This document shows, piece by piece, positions 36,921-55,252 of a DNA stretch of 64,000 bases. Each line of letters begins with the position of its first letter. Positions within the stretch are counted from its first letter, which is position 1. The notes beneath the pieces are model-generated. The model did not search any database, was not told where the DNA came from, and saw only the letters and a program-made list of their open reading frames with translations. This DNA comes from Macrostomum lignano. Its lineage: Eukaryota. Both the position numbers and the translations under genes were made by a program. Where the stretch lies: the NCBI GenBank assembly GCA_002269645.1, contig NIVC01002405.1, positions 1 to 64,000 on the forward strand, read 5' to 3'.

Positions 36921-37373
36921 GTATTCCGAGCCTTCAACTGCGTTTGGAACTATCCAAGAGGAACGGAAAAGTTGCTTCAATAATACTGAAGTAATATTCA
37001 CCGGAGAGGCGCACGGCCACTTCAAACTTTCTCTCCAACTGGTTGCTGACTGTCGCTTTCAGGCTAATTATCTTTCGGTTACCATGGTAACAGAGCAGCA
37101 CTTTGGAGCAACCCGCTGTCAATATTCTCAGAGCCCTTCAACCAAAGTGTCATTTAGAATTTCTCAGGCAGTTCACGCGGGCCCTTCGAAGGTCATTCGG
37201 CCGCAGACGTGTGGCGGGGAGCTCAGAGGACAAGAGCTCTGCAAACACGCGCCCGGCCATTTAATCATCGGACGGAGGGAAAGTGGGAGAGATTTGGCCT
37301 TTTATAAGCCGGAGCGGGGCGCTTCTCCTAGCAACTACCGAGATCGGAAGGTGCAATCGTTCGAAATCGAAAG

Positions 37374-41291
<3,918 letters not shown>

Positions 41292-42649
41292 ACTTGTTGA
41301 GACTGAAATGCGCCAGTCACAATTTCCTGCAGTGTGCATTGCGCCAGTTCTGAGCTTAAGGACAATAAATGACAGTCCAACACAGCCGCGATTGCGAGTT
41401 CGGCTTTCCTATTTTGCAACCTGCATTAATTAGCAGAATGTTTCCGCTGACTTCAACTCCGAATTTCGGTTGAAATCAGGACAGAGGCTTGCTTGTCGCT
41501 CGATAGTCTCCAAGCTAAGTTTGCGTCAAGCTTAGCATGCGTCTGAAAGAGAGAGTGACCTTCAAATGTTAGACAGAATTTTATCAATCTGACTCCACCA
41601 GTTGATCTTGTTGACACTCCCTCCTGACTCTCCTATCACTTACCGATAAACTGGACCCTCTTCCTGCTACAACAGCCCACAGAGCAGCTAAGAAAGAGAT
41701 TGATTGACAGGCACTGCACCACATTTTATTATCACCCGAGACAAGTTCTCGCGCACTGCGAATGCTACATCATCTATCGGGCAACCCTGCTCAGAATAAG
41801 TGCAGTAATTGAAGCCAGTCCTATTCCAAGGTTGGAACTAAAGCCAGGCCTCCTCAATCCAAGTGCTTTCCAGGTATCAAGTTTTGCTTAATGAAGAGGA
41901 GAGAGAAAGTGTGTTTGGCAAGCTGCGCCATCGGCTAAGCAAGAAAGGCGTGGAGAGTTAGTTGTTGAACTGATAGAGCACTGCGAGAGACTGCACGGCC
42001 TAATGGGCAGGTCCGAGGGAGAAGTCATTAACTCCTGATCAGCTGAGCGCTTTTTAGCTCTTGTCGAAGCTCTCGATTTTGCTACAGCTTAATTCCCGAA
42101 TTTTGAGTTTTAGATTCAGCGACTTTGCTCTCCTTAAAGGGATTAAGGCTGCATAAGCAAGTCCTGCAGCGCACAGACTCTAACTGGCAGAAGCCTGTAA
42201 CAGAAAATGATAAGGGGTTCAAGATCAAACCAATCTTGCTCTCCTTTCTGCCAGAACCTATCAAAAAAGTGCGCTAATGTCAGACCGTGTTAAAAGTGAG
42301 CGACTCAGCCACACCCTGTCTTCTGCCAATGCGCGCTTGTGACATGGCGTGATCGCAGTGACCTCTTACTAACACAGTTATCCCCGCCGTCCCGTCGGCC
42401 GGACTGACTTCGGAACTTGAGCGGGTGGATAGCGTCGAGCGACTAAGGTCTCTTACGAGATCGATCGTTGCGAATGACGATTGCTCATCGGTGCAAGTGT
42501 GCCCGTGAACAACAACAGAATCCCCCTACTTGGCTACTACTGCTCGCTCGATTCCAAATCACAGTTAGAATAACAACAGAGTCACCCTTCATTTTGCCCT
42601 ACAATTTTCCATTCGTGAAGGTCGCACTTTTTCTTTTTATTAAAGGCAG

Positions 42650-42998
42650 GAGAGGGCTGCATACACCCTGGCACACTTTAAGCGACATTGTCACACAACT
42701 GGCGAGAGACACATTCCGCCGACTCCCCTGAGCAGGCACACAAGCGCGCGGATACATACGCAGTCATACGCACAGGCACACACTCACACAGGGAGTGTAC
42801 AGCGGTCCTAACTTTATTTATCGTCAGGCTTGTACGCTCCACTATACCTTGGGAGTCGGGGTCTCAAGTGCGTCAATTTTGTACGAGCAGAGCCCAGCCG
42901 AGATTCCAATTCAGCCCCAAATTAATGTGACTGCACTTGGAATCGAGCCTGGGCCGCTGGCACATCAGTGCGCCACGCTAGACCACTGGACTACGGCC
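42650..42998 (-). mobile_element. tRNA-derived SINE, family 2, copy 1
   Basis: Minus strand GGCCGTAGTCCAGTGG (A box) ... GGCTCGATTCC (B box), then about 280 bp of body homologous to 45215-45553. Confidence 0.8.
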
Positions 42999-44384
42999 TC
43001 CCTGAAGATCTGACTATAGTCTGCATCTACTTCACTGGAGTTTTGTTCAGCGCGCACCAGTCTGACGGGATCATCGAGACTTTCAGCAGGACGAAAAATG
43101 CGACTTTAAGTCTTACGAGACACGCAATAAGTCGGAATTCGGTAGTGCGCAACAGAGCAGATTAGCAGCACAGACCTCTCAGGTTGTTCTACCTTTAATT
43201 TCCTTAGACGGCTGCAGCAGTTTAGCTTCAGTAGCGAGTAATAAGTGGGGGCCAGACGGCCCACTTGCCGCAGCGCATTCCGCCCGGATCCAGCTGCTGC
43301 TCCTGAAGAAGAGCGCAGGAACAAAAATTAATATTTTTGGCTCTGCAAGTCAAGTGAGCCGGGTGCGCTGCAGTCTCTCTGGGGTAGGATTTTCTGTATA
43401 GTTACTCAGAAGGCGGAGCACTCGGTGAGGAGTCAGCCCAGTTGGGTACGGGTTTTCACTCACTGGAATTGTACTATGGAGACCCAGGACCCAGAGCTTG
43501 GAGCAGCAGAAAAAACTCGGCGCTTTCAAAACTTCTGTCAACTCTAGCTCCTCCTAGGCCGTTGCTTCAAATGCAGTGACGTTTTTTCTCAAATACTTAA
43601 AATTTTGAGTTGCCAATCCATGCTCTGGTTTTGGGTCTCCTTGGCTGTACAGAGCGGGAGCTTAGGGAGAGGGGGCTGAGCCAGCCTTAGCCGTGAAAAC
43701 TACAGCCGCTGATCAAGTGGCCAATTTGCATTCTGCCCGCTCTGCCCCGCCTTTTGCTTCCTCATTCTCTCCCGCTTCTTCCCCTCCTCCTCTTTCTCCT
43801 CCCGGTTAGAATTGAGTTCCAGGAATTCCCAGCAACTCTGGGAGTCTTCGGGCAGACTGGGGACTTGAGCCGGCGGGATTATGCCGGCGGAACGGCGAGA
43901 GGTGCGAAGCGGGACATCTGGGAGGGGATGCGAGGGAGGAGCAGGCAGGGAAGGAGTCAGGCCCGCCCCTTCCCCTACGTCTCTCCCTTCCAGCTTCCAG
44001 CCCACGGCCACTGCTTCCAGTTCTCCCCCCTTTTTGGGCCGGTTATTAAGATGAAGCGCTCACGGAGTCTGTAAGCAGTCGGGCCCGGGGAGTCCGGCTG
44101 GGACTGACAGAAGCTCATTAGTTTTCCTCCCAGAAATGGCGTAAATAACCAGAGCTGCGGCGGCCAGGCCAGCACTCCACTTTCCTTTTCCCCCGGCCAA
44201 GGGGGTCACAGCCCCCCCCCCCCTGTTTATTTGGGCCGCCAGAACCATAAAAATAGAAAGTTTAGGGAAATATTAATTCCTCTCCCGGCATGCCCTCCTG
44301 CGATCTTAGTGCTGAGCCGGCAGCCTCAGCTACAGCAAGGGCCTCCAAAAAAAGTACACGTAATCTAGAACTGTGTGACTGGCG

Positions 44385-44557
44385 ATAGAAAAATGTGTGA
44401 TTGTGTGTAGTAGAGAACTGTGTGAATTGGAATCGTAAACTGTGTGAATAGGAATCAAGAACTGTGTGAATGGGAATCTAGAACTGTGTGAATTTGAATC
44501 TAGAACTGTGTGAATGGGAATCTAGAACTGTGTGAATGGGAATCTAGAACTCTGTGA
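44385..44557. repeat. 22-bp minisatellite (GAACTGTGTGAATGGGAATCTA)n
   Basis: About 8 variant units. Confidence 0.9.
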
Positions 44558-45214
44558 ACAGGGGTGGGGAACTGATAAATTTGACATTAGACTGCGCAAA
44601 TGGGAACCAGTACCAGTCCAGAAAGCTGGTAGTTATTAGCCATTTCCCAAGAGTGCAAAGAGCGCAAAGCAGCCTCTGTCTATCCTCTGGGCGGCCATAA
44701 CAGTGTTAGACGCAATAAAATTCTGATTCGCGGGTCGCAGCGGCCAAAAGCTTCAGCGGCCGCGCATAACCCGCAGCCGGAGAAATTGCGGTCCGAGAGA
44801 TTCTTGGCGGGATTTCAGGCCGTGGGCCCAGCAAAAATCTGGCACGGGATGGGAGATCGAGTCGATCACTCACTCTCTCCTGCGCCGTCACTCCGAGTCC
44901 GCAATCGAATTTCTCAACCGAGGATCCGAACAGTCTCATCCCCTTGGTTTGGGCTAATCCATGGCAATGGCTCCATCCAATTTAGTGGCTGAAGGCGGCT
45001 GTCACTCAAGTCTAAGGCAGGCTCTACCAATGCGGACTTGGCTTGCTGTCTGAAAATTCAGTTTAGGGCTAAATAGCGAGCGGCAAAATGGCCCTGTAGG
45101 GCTTGACCGTTTCTAAAAATAGACATGCCATCACTGACTCCAACGCGTACGAACCGGATGTACATTTGCGACTGTACATGATTGCTCTTAGATTTTTTTT
45201 TATTTAGAGGCAGG

Positions 45215-45553
45215 GGGGTTGTGTGCACCCTGGCGCAATTTAAGCGTCATTGGCACACAACCGGCGAGAGGCATTACTGCCCATTCCGCCGACTCCCCTG
45301 AGCAGGCATACAAGCGCGCGGATACGTTACGCAGGCACACACTCACACAGGAGTGTACAGCGGCCCTAACTTTTATCAATTGTTAGGCATGTACACTTCA
45401 CTGCGCCTTGGGGGGGTTGGCTCTCAAGGCCGTTAATTGCACAAGCGAGCCAAGCCAAGATTCCAATCCAGCCCCAAATTAATGTGGCTGCACTTGGAAT
45501 CGAGCCTGGGTCGCGGCACACCAGAGCAGCTGCGCTACCGCTGGGCTACGGCC
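45215..45553 (-). mobile_element. tRNA-derived SINE, family 2, copy 2
   Basis: GGCCGTAGCCCAGCGG (A box) ... GGCTCGATTCC (B box); colinear with the copy at 42650-42998. Confidence 0.8.
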
Positions 45554-47075
45554 CCCCTTTGCTCTTAGATTGCTTAAATGTACATTCCTTGGGGCAGAGT
45601 TTTTAGGGCGTGAATAGCAGTTTTAACAAAACAACGCTTAACCCACTCATGCCTTCCATCTCTAATTTTCTCTGCCCCTTATAAAAATGTACAATTGTTA
45701 TATTATCGATCGCCACTCAATCCATCCACTCTTAGTTCAACCCCTCTAAATTTCTATCCCTTTATCGTCCTCTAGCTCAACACCCCCATCTTTATCTTTG
45801 CCGGTTTTCGGCCTTGCGCTCAGCTTAGTAATCTTTATTACCACCGACTTGCTCCGACCTAAATTAAGTTGTTTTCTAAATTAAGTTGCTCCATTGTACA
45901 TGATTTGTGTGGGGCTGAGAGGCCAGAGAATGTCGAATACATAAATAAAACTAGAGGCCGGGCAGTTAAAGAGACATCATAGCTCTCTGTCTCTACCATA
46001 TTGTCATCGTCTATTCAACTAAGTCACTCCGGTTGTAGTGCAAGTGGCTGCTTCGTATTCAATTCAAGCAAGAAAGCCTGCCCTGGCAAATGTAGCTTTC
46101 TCTGGATTATATTCTTCTAAAACCCCCGAGGCTCAAAGAGTCTCCCTATTAAGTGGGAGGAGACTGCAGTAACAAGAATAGCTTCAACACTGCAGGCGGT
46201 CCTGGGAGCTGGGACGGCCCAGTAAGTCCTGAGTATCCCACCGTCTCCAGCGCGGCCTACATTCCAGTTCCTTGTTCCCCGCTTCTCACTTTCCTCTTCT
46301 CCACTTTAGCTAGCTTAGCTAAGCTAAGCCATTGCTGCTTGGCCTCTCTAGCCTCTCCCTCTCCATCAAAGCCAGCGGCCGGGAGCCCCGAGGCGCCAGC
46401 AGTCAGCCAGTGGGATCGATGCACGGCAGACCCTCCACCCTTGGTCCGGATGAAACTGCCGGCGGGCTGGAAGCAAAAGGTCCGGGACTGCAGCTCTGTG
46501 CTGACGGGCATTTGCAGTATCTATTCATGGCCTTTGATAGCCGGTTTCTGGTCCGCTGACTGTCCGATCCCAGTGCTGACCTTCACCTGCCGCCTGGGAG
46601 CCGCCAGCCGGCCTTATCTCTCCCGCGTTTCCTTTTTGTATATTTGATTTCGCACGGCCTCAAGTCCAGCATTCTTCATCGGGCAGGCAGGGCGCCAGCT
46701 TGGCAATATTGATTGCAATTTCCTGGTGGCAAAAATCGCCCACCTCAGCCCACCTGATGCTCTGCACCGGGAAGTGATAGATTGCAAGGAACAGACGATT
46801 GGGAAAAATAGAAATTGAAGCAAAAACACGCACTCGAGGCACAAACTGGGAGTGCTCAATATTTTACAGGTCTGTGCTCAATTTTTATTAATCCTTCCTT
46901 GCTGATTGAGTAACAGAGGGCTCGCTCAATTAAGTTGCGTTGTACGTGAGTACGGATACACTGATTCCTTGTGTCTAGCATGATACCATCTGTGAGATAC
47001 GCGCTTAATGTGACTTTGCTCTTTAGAGTGAACTGCTCTGATGGAAGAGTGCCTTCTAGGTATCTCCGCAGCAGT

Positions 47076-50000
47076 TCACACAGAGGACACCTTCTCGGCG
47101 CAGTCGTTGAGTCCATTGGCGATGCTGGCCAGCCGCTGGCGCTCCAGCTTTGCTGGATTCTTCATCACGGTGGGGTACACGGGCTGGTACAGAACGCCAG
47201 ATTCCGCGCCCTCCGTGCCGTCGTACACCTGGCCGAGGGTGAAGGCTGGGCTGATGTACATGCCGCCCTCAACGCTCTCCACCGCGGTCTGGAACACCAC
47301 AGGCGGCACGGCAACGTTTGGGATGCGGAAGGGCAGCGTGGCGATGGTGAAGGGGAAGTCCAGGCAGAGGTTGGTGGGCGCCTTGCCGTCCCTGACCAGG
47401 TTCACCCGCAGGGTGTAGCCAATCTGCATGAGCCGGCAGAAGCCCTCCGGGATGGTCGGTGGCACCGGCGGCAGTAGGAGGAAGCTGGACAGATCCCAAT
47501 CGACCGACTGCCGGGCTCGGATCAAATCTGAGCGGTACTCGAAGGCCACGTGTTGGAACTCTTTGCAGATGCCCAGGACGCCCTGGTTGATGAAGAAGCA
47601 GCAGTCTTGCACCAGCTTCACGCTGATGCGCAGCTGCCTGTCAGTGTCGTTGGCCACCTGGCAGCGCAGCTTGATGTGCTCGCCGCAGCAGTAGGCGCTG
47701 CGCTCCAGGGTGCCCGAGAGGCGGAGCGGCTTCATCAGCGGCAGGCAGGGACAGGTGTGGGAGGAGATCTCCATGCAGGTGGGGCACAGGTAGCGGGTCT
47801 CCATGCAGTCTGAGTAGGGTCCGATGACGGTGAAGTAGGTGATGTGGCTGGGGTTGGAGGCGTAGGGCACATCGATGATGCAGCGCAGGTAGTATCGAAC
47901 CGTGCAGGTGCGGCTCTCGAAGCTCGGCGGCAGCGCGGACTCCGGCAACGGGAAGCTGAACTGCCACTTGTGCGCTCCGCGGGGCAGGATGGGCAGGGCG
48001 TCGTTGCCGCCGGGCTCCAGGCCCTTCTCGATGCCCCACACGGTGGTCTTGGAGTCCAGGTACACCTGGTCCTCCTTGACCGAGTGCCGCTCGCCGCTGC
48101 GGCTTACCTTCCACTCGACGTGTCCGCGGCCGCGCAGGTGCACGCGAATTCCGCGCACCTGGAAAGCAGGTTTCGGAAGTAAGATTTATCTAGCTAATGA
48201 TGAATTGCTAATCTAGCCTATCACGGATGCAGGAATAGAATGGATTGCTAATCTAGCCTATCACGGGTGCAGGAATAGAATGGATTGCTAATCTAGCCTA
48301 TCACGGGTGCAGGAATAGAATGGATTGCTAATCTAGCCTATCACGGATGCAGGAATAGAATGGATTGCTAATCTAGCCTATCATGGATGCAGGAATAGAA
48401 TGGATTGCTAATCTAGCCTATCATGGGTGCAGGAATAGAATGGATTGCTAATCTAGCCTATCATGGATGCAGGAATAGAATGGATTGCTAATCTAGCCTA
48501 TCATGGATGCAGGAATAGAATGGATTGCTAATCTAGCCTATCATGGATGCAGGAATAGAATGGATTGCTAATCTAGCCTATCACGGATGCAGGAATAGAA
48601 TGGATTGCTAATCTAGCCTATCACGGGTGCAGGAAAAGAATGGATTGCTAATCTAGCCTATCACGGGTGCAGGAATAGAATGGATTGCTAATCTAGCCTA
48701 TCACGGATGCAGGAATAGAATGGATTGCTAATCTAGCCTATCATGGATGCAGGAATAGAATGGATTGCTAATCTAGCCTATCATGGGTGCAGGAATAGAA
48801 TGGATTGCTAATCTAGCCTATCATGGGTGCAGGAATAGAATGGATTGCTAATCTAGCCTATCATGGGTGCAGGAATAGAATGGATTGCTAATCTAGCCTA
48901 TCACGGATGCAGGAATAGAATGGATTGCTAATCTAGCCTATCATGGATGCAGGAATAGAATGGATTGCTAATCTAGCCTATCATGGATGCAGGAATAGAA
49001 TGGATTGCTAATCTAGCCTATCATGGGTTCAGGAATAGAATGGATTGCTAATCTAGCCTATCATGGGTGCAGGAATATAATGGATTGCTAATCTAGCCTA
49101 TCATGGATGCAGAAAAAGAATGGATTGATAATTATTCATTAAGCGCAGGACATGCAAGAGAGAGTCTGGAACTCTCCATCCTGTCATCCTTTGAGTGGAA
49201 ATTCTCTGCTCTGACGGCTCAGCCATCTCTGGCTTGATTGGGGGAATTTGCCTAACATTTATCCCAAATCTGCCGGATGAGCCGCCCGAAGAAGTCTGGG
49301 CCCGAGTTGATTGATTCCCAAGGCTGGGAAATCAATTAGGGGGGGGGGGCAGAGCACAGCAAGTTTGGCGCTGCGAGCCACTTTTCCCCTCTCTGCCGGC
49401 TGCGCGAAAATGCGAATCCTGAAATTCGATTGGGGAATCGACAAGACAAGCGCTGGAGCAGCTTTGAGTGCTCAGCATTGGCGAAGTCGAGTGTGACAGA
49501 AGTGACTGCATGAGCGGTCCCCGAATGGATTGAATTGTGTGCTGCTTTGCTGACTGAGAGCCATCTGAGTCAGTGCGGTTCTGTAGCGATCTAATCTGTG
49601 AGATGGATTAGCAATCCATTCCATTCCTGCATCCGTGATAGGCTAGATTAGCAATCCATTCTATTCCTGCATCCATGATAGGCTAGATTAGCAATCCATT
49701 CTATTCCTGCACCCGTGATAGGCTAGATTAGTAATCCATTCCATTCCTGCATCCGTGATAGGCTAGATTAGCAATCCATTCTATTCCTGCATCCATGATA
49801 GGCTAGATTAGCAATCCATTATATTCCTGCACCCATGATAGGCTAGATTAGCAATCCATTCTATTCCTGCACCCATGATAGGCTAGATTAGCAATCCATT
49901 CTATTCCTGCATCCATGATAGGCTAGATTAGCAATCCATTCTATTCCTGCACCCGTGATAGGCTAGATTAGTAATCCATTCTATTCCTGCATCCATGATA

Positions 50001-53000
50001 GGCTAGATTAGCAATCCATTCTATTCCTGCATCCATGATAGGCTAGATTAGCAATTCATTTTATTCCTGCATCCGTGATAGGCTAGATTAATTAATTAGC
50101 GCCAAGTTTGTCAACTGTCTTCCACCTGCCCTGTTGAATGCTTAGCCGGTACGGCACTGAATCCCTCACTGTGTCATGCGCTGCGCCCCGGCTACTGGGA
50201 GATCCGCGGGGACACAGAGGAAGCTGGATGGGGAGGCGGCCTAATTAGACCTGGCAGCATCACCTGAGACAGCCAAAATTGCTCTCAGTGCAACAGGAAC
50301 TCGGAACGGACGAGGAGCTGTGCGACTTTTTATCCAGGAGATACCTGCGCGTGTCTTCTGGGGGGCTGCGATTCGAGTAGAACTAATTACCGCCTTTGGC
50401 TTCAACTCTGATCTCCGCCCCGGCAGCGCCCGCCTGCTTCTAGGGACATCGAATCCCAATCAGCTCTGGGACGACGAAGAGAAAAATCAAAGCTGATTGA
50501 GTCCCAGATTCTGAGCTTCATCGGAGCTACCTACCTTCGCAGATTGTTTGAGACCGGATACGACAATACGAGCCTAAGGACTTAGAAGGACTTAGGGAGG
50601 TCCTGCAGCGCATTTGGCCACGCAGATTTTTCTGCATTGTCCCCCCCCCCCTAATGCTTTGTAAGTCTTAATAAAGATTTATCCGCTCAAAACGTTTCGA
50701 TGGTAACTGCATACATTAAACGCATATTCTTCTTGAGGGTGCATCTGTGAGCTGTTCATTTGCGAGCTACAGCTGTGGCTAAGTGCTCTGCAGGAAAAAA
50801 AGCATTGCGGACAAACCTCGGCGCGCAATTCATCCGCAATTCTCGTGCTCCCGGTAGGGAGAGAAGGTAGAGATACGAGGTAGAGAAAGAAGTAGGGATA
50901 GGAGGTAGGAGAAGAAAGGAGAGGAAAGACAAGGGGAGCAAAGAGTGGGTTGGGAGAGAAGTGTTTTTATTGATTGCGGACAGAAATTTCTGAAAGACAA
51001 AAACTGAATAGCTTTTGAATGTAGGAAAACTTCATAGCTGTTCTGCGGCTTAAAGTGCAATCAGGACCCAAACTAAGTCTGGGAAATCCAGCTCCGGCCG
51101 AGGCTCTACCGGGAAACAAGGGACCTCGCTGTCAGGTCGGATGGGACCGGGGGCGAGGTCAGCCGGCTTCTGACAGCTTCAGCTAAACAGGCTCTGCAGC
51201 CGACAGCAAGCTCGTGACAGCGACAGGGCTCCCCAGCTCCCCCACCTCTATTATCGGCTTTGCCATCGCATGGCCGCCCAGTTCAGCTGGATAAGCAGCG
51301 GGGGGCGGGCCCGCCTCCAGCTTATCTTGCGGCAAGCAGGGGGCGGGGGAGTCAAGAAGGAGAGGAGAAAAGCAGAGAAGGAGGGGTTCTGTCACGCCCA
51401 GGTGTCCGCTGTGGCTTCGCCCATCATCCTCGTGCCTCGCCGCACGCCGTGACAAAACCGGACGGGATCAGCGCGTCAAACTGGGGATCGCGGCTCTCAC
51501 CTGCTCAAGTGACGCGCCCTCGAGTAGACGGGGCCACTCCAGAGCTCGCCTCTTCCTCTCCTGCGCCCCCTGAGTGCCTGACACTTGTAATTATTTGTTT
51601 TTTGGCGTCCAGGAAACCAGTCGGGCTTCATAAGGTTCTGAGCGGGCAAGCTGATGGAGCTGAGATGCTGAATAGCAAAAACGACTTCTGGTTTTGAAGG
51701 CTCTGCAGCAGCACTTTGAGGCGACTTCAGTGCAGGGGCTGGGTGACTAATCACAGTTATTAGGTGACTAATCACAGTTAATAGGTGACTAATCACAGTT
51801 AATAGGTGACTAATCCATCATTGGGTGACTAATCACAGTTAATAGGTGACTAATCTATCAAGGGTGACTAATCCATCATTGGGGGACTAATCCATCATTT
51901 AGTGACTAATCCACCATTGGGTGACTAATCCAAGTCATTGGGTGACTAATACACCATTGGGTGACTAATACACCATTGGGTGACTAATCCATCAAGGGGT
52001 GACTAATCCACCATTGGGGGACTAATCCAAGTCACTGGGTGACTAATACACCATAGGGTGACTAATCCATCATTGGGTGACTAATCCAAGTCACTGGGTG
52101 ACTAATACACCATTGGGTGACTAATCCATCAAGGGTGACTAATCCATCATTGGGGGACTAATCCATCATTTAGTGACTAATCCACCATTGGGTAACTAAT
52201 CCACCATAGGGTGACTAATCCATCATTAGGTGACTATTCCAAGTCACTGGGTGACTAATACACCATAGGATGACTAATCCATCATTGGGTGACTAATCCA
52301 AGTCACTGGGTGACTAATACACCATAGGGTGACTAATCCAAGTCACTGGGTGACTAATCCAAGTCACTGGGTGACTAATCCAAGTCACTGGGTGACTAAT
52401 CCAAGTCATTGGGTGACTAATCCATCAAGGGGTGACTAGTCTACCATTGGGGGACTAATCCATCATTTAGTGACTAATCCACCATTGGGTGACTAATCCA
52501 AGTCATTGGGTGACTAATACACCATTGGGTGACTAATCCAAGTCACTGGGTGACTAATCCAAGTCACTGGGTGACTAATCCAAGTCACTGGGTGACTAAT
52601 CCAAGTCATTGGGTGACTAATACACCATAGGGTGACTAATCCAAGTCATTGGGTGACTAATCCAAGTCACTGGGTGACTAATCCAAGTCACTGGGTGACT
52701 AATCCAAGTCACTGGGTGACTAATCCAAGTAACTGGGTGACTAATCCAAGTCATTGGGTGACTAATCCAAGTCACTGGGTGACTAATCCAAGTCACTGGG
52801 TGACTAATCCTAGTCATTAGTGACTAGTCCAAGGACATTCGATTTTCCACCCGCCAAACTTCAACTAATCCCAATATCGCTCACTGCAGCCGGGCATCCG
52901 ATGGCAGCAGGATGGGGGGCAGCACCTGCTTGGCTACTGAGCTTGCGGTGTAGGGATCAACTCCCAACCAGGGCATAATTGATGAGGAGGGAGAAGAGAG

Positions 53001-55252
53001 GAGAGGAGGCAGCTGGAGGAAGAGAGGCGGAGAGCGAAACCTCCTGTTCCAACTGTCCACTTAAACGGACAGACAGAGCGAGAGAAGAAAATGAGGCCAA
53101 GAAGGAAAGAAAGACGACAGAGACGTTGCTGAGGAGGGAGCCGAACAGGTACGAGTATGCAGACTCTCTCGGCAGGTGGGCAAACAGAGAGAAGAAAGCA
53201 GAGCAGCTGCAATGCTCCGACACGGAGGGCAAACAGCCCTGGGCCCGAAATGAGCGACCGAGGGTAGGGCAGACATAAACGGCATTTATTGTGGCTTTCC
53301 TGTGCCCCCTGTGCTGATTTCTGGCTTGCAGCTGATTGCATCGCGGTTATCCAGGCCTCCTGCGTTGCCACGAGGTGGAAGCAAAACTGCTGCTTTTGCA
53401 CACCTGCAGACCGGATGTGAAAATTTCTGACTAAACTGGTGATGCCACTTGGGCAGTTGAAGGCGATACAGTTGGATAGAGCGCTTCCCTGCGGCGCTCC
53501 TTTTCACCCCATGGCGCTCCCCTGCACCCCATGGCGCTCCCCTGCACCCCATGGCGCTCCCCTGCACCCTATGGCGCTCCCCTGCACCCCATGGCGCTCC
53601 CCTGCACCCTATGGCGCTCCCCTGCACCCCATGGCGCTCCCCTGCACCCCATGGCGCTCCCCTGCACCCCATGGCGCTCCCCTGCACCCCATGGCGCTCC
53701 CCTGCACCCCATGGCGCTCCCCTGCACCCCATGGCGCTCCCCTGCACCCCATGGCGCTCCCCTGCACCCCATGGCGCTCCCCTGCACCCCATGGCGCTTC
53801 TCTGCACCCCATGGCGCTTCTCTGCACCCCATGGCGCTCTTCTGCACCCCATGGCGCTCCCCTGCACCCCATGGCGCTCCCCTGCACCCTATGGCACTCC
53901 CCTGCATCCCATGGCGCTCCCCTGCACCCCATGGCACTCCCCTGCACCCCATGGCACTCCCCTGAACCCCATGGCACTCCCCTGAACCCCATGGCACTCC
54001 CCTGCATCCCATGGCGCTCCCCTGCACCCCATGGCGCTCCCCTGCACCCCATGGCGCTCCCCTGCACCCCATGGCGCTCCCCTGCACCCCATGGCGCTCC
54101 CCTGCACCCTATGGCACTCCCCTGCATCCCATGGCGCTCCCCTGCACCCCATGGCACTCCCCTGCACCCCATGGCACTCCCCTGAACCCCATGGCACTCC
54201 CCTGAACCCCATGGCACTCCCCTGCATCCCATGGCGCTCCCCTGCACCCCATGGCGCTCCCCTGCACCCCATGGCGCTCCCCTGCACCCCATGGCGCTCC
54301 CCTGCACCCCATGGCGCTCCCCTGCACCCCATGGCGCTCCCCTGCACCCCATGGCGCTTCTCTGCACCCCATGGCGCTCTTCTGCACCCCATGGCGCTCC
54401 CCTGCACCCCATGGCGCTCCCCTGCACCCTATGGCACTCCCCTGCATCCCATGGCGCTCCCATGCACCCCATGGCACTCCCCTGCACCCCATGGCACTCC
54501 CCTGAACCCCATGGCACTCCCCTGAACCCCATGGCACTCCCCTGCATCCCATGGCGCTCCCCTGCACCCCATGGCGCTCCCCTGCACCCCATGGCACTCC
54601 CCTGCACCCCATGGCACTCCCCTGCACCCCATGGCACTCCCCTGAACCCCATGGCACTCCCCTGCACCCCATGGCACTCCCCTGCACCCCATGGCGCTCC
54701 CCTGAACCCCATGGCACTCCCCTGCACCCCATGGCACTCCCCTGCACCCCATGGCGCTCCCCTGCACCCCATGGCACTCCCCTGCACCCCATGGCACTCC
54801 CCTGCACCCCATGGCGCTCCCCTGCACCCCATGGCGCTCCCCTGCACCCCATGGCACTCCCCTGCACCCCATGGCGCTCCCCTGCACCCCATGGCACTCC
54901 CCTGCACCCCATGACGCTCCCCTGCACCCCATGGCACTCCCCTGCACCCCATGACGCTCCTTTGCATCAAATGGCGCCCCTTAGCACACGCATGGCGCCT
55001 CAAAACAGATGCATGGCGCCCTGTAACACACGCATGGCGCCTTATAACACGCATGGCGCCATCTCTCTCATCACAGACGAAAGCCATCAATTAAAGCCAG
55101 CTGCTCAAACGCCATCTGCTGCTCTCAAAGCTCAATCGACTCACCTTGAAGTTCTCCGTGCTGTCCACGATTACGTGACCAGTGAGCTCTTCGCCGGCGT
55201 ACCAGACCGGCTTGGCCAGCTCGATGTCGAACTTGTTGATGTAGTCCACCAT
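47076..55252 (-). CDS. Alpha-arrestin (arrestin domain-containing protein), about 396 aa, 2 coding exons
   Basis: Exons 55252-55145 (MVDYINKFDIELAKPVWYAGEELTGHVIVDSTENFK) and 48158-47076, joined in phase 0 by GT-AG. Arrestin_N motifs LRGRGHVEW, GAHKWQFSFPLP..LPPSFE...VRYYLR. Arrestin_C motifs ERSAYCCGEHI, VPPTIP, FPFTIATLP. Confidence 0.92.
48202..49127 (+). repeat. 40-bp satellite array A (TGGATTGCTAATCTAGCCTATCACGGATGCAGGAATAGAA)n
   Basis: About 23 units, ending about 45 nt from the arrestin exon acceptor. Confidence 0.97.
49606..50090 (-). repeat. 40-bp satellite array B (same unit as A, inverted)
   Basis: About 12 units; reverse complement of array A. Confidence 0.97.
51742..52830. repeat. 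About 20-21-bp degenerate minisatellite (GGGTGACTAATCCAAGTCACT)n
   Basis: About 50 variant units in the arrestin intron. Confidence 0.95.
53495..54965. repeat. 20-bp minisatellite (ATGGCGCTCCCCTGCACCCC)n
   Basis: About 73 units in the arrestin intron; source of many spurious ORFs. Confidence 0.97.

Noticed and set aside
41560-41900. Faint APE-endonuclease-like residues on the minus strand (ESTW, VAFAVRENL, VIG)
   Set aside because: Multiple stops and too little similarity to call by eye; needs tBLASTn against LINE ORF2.
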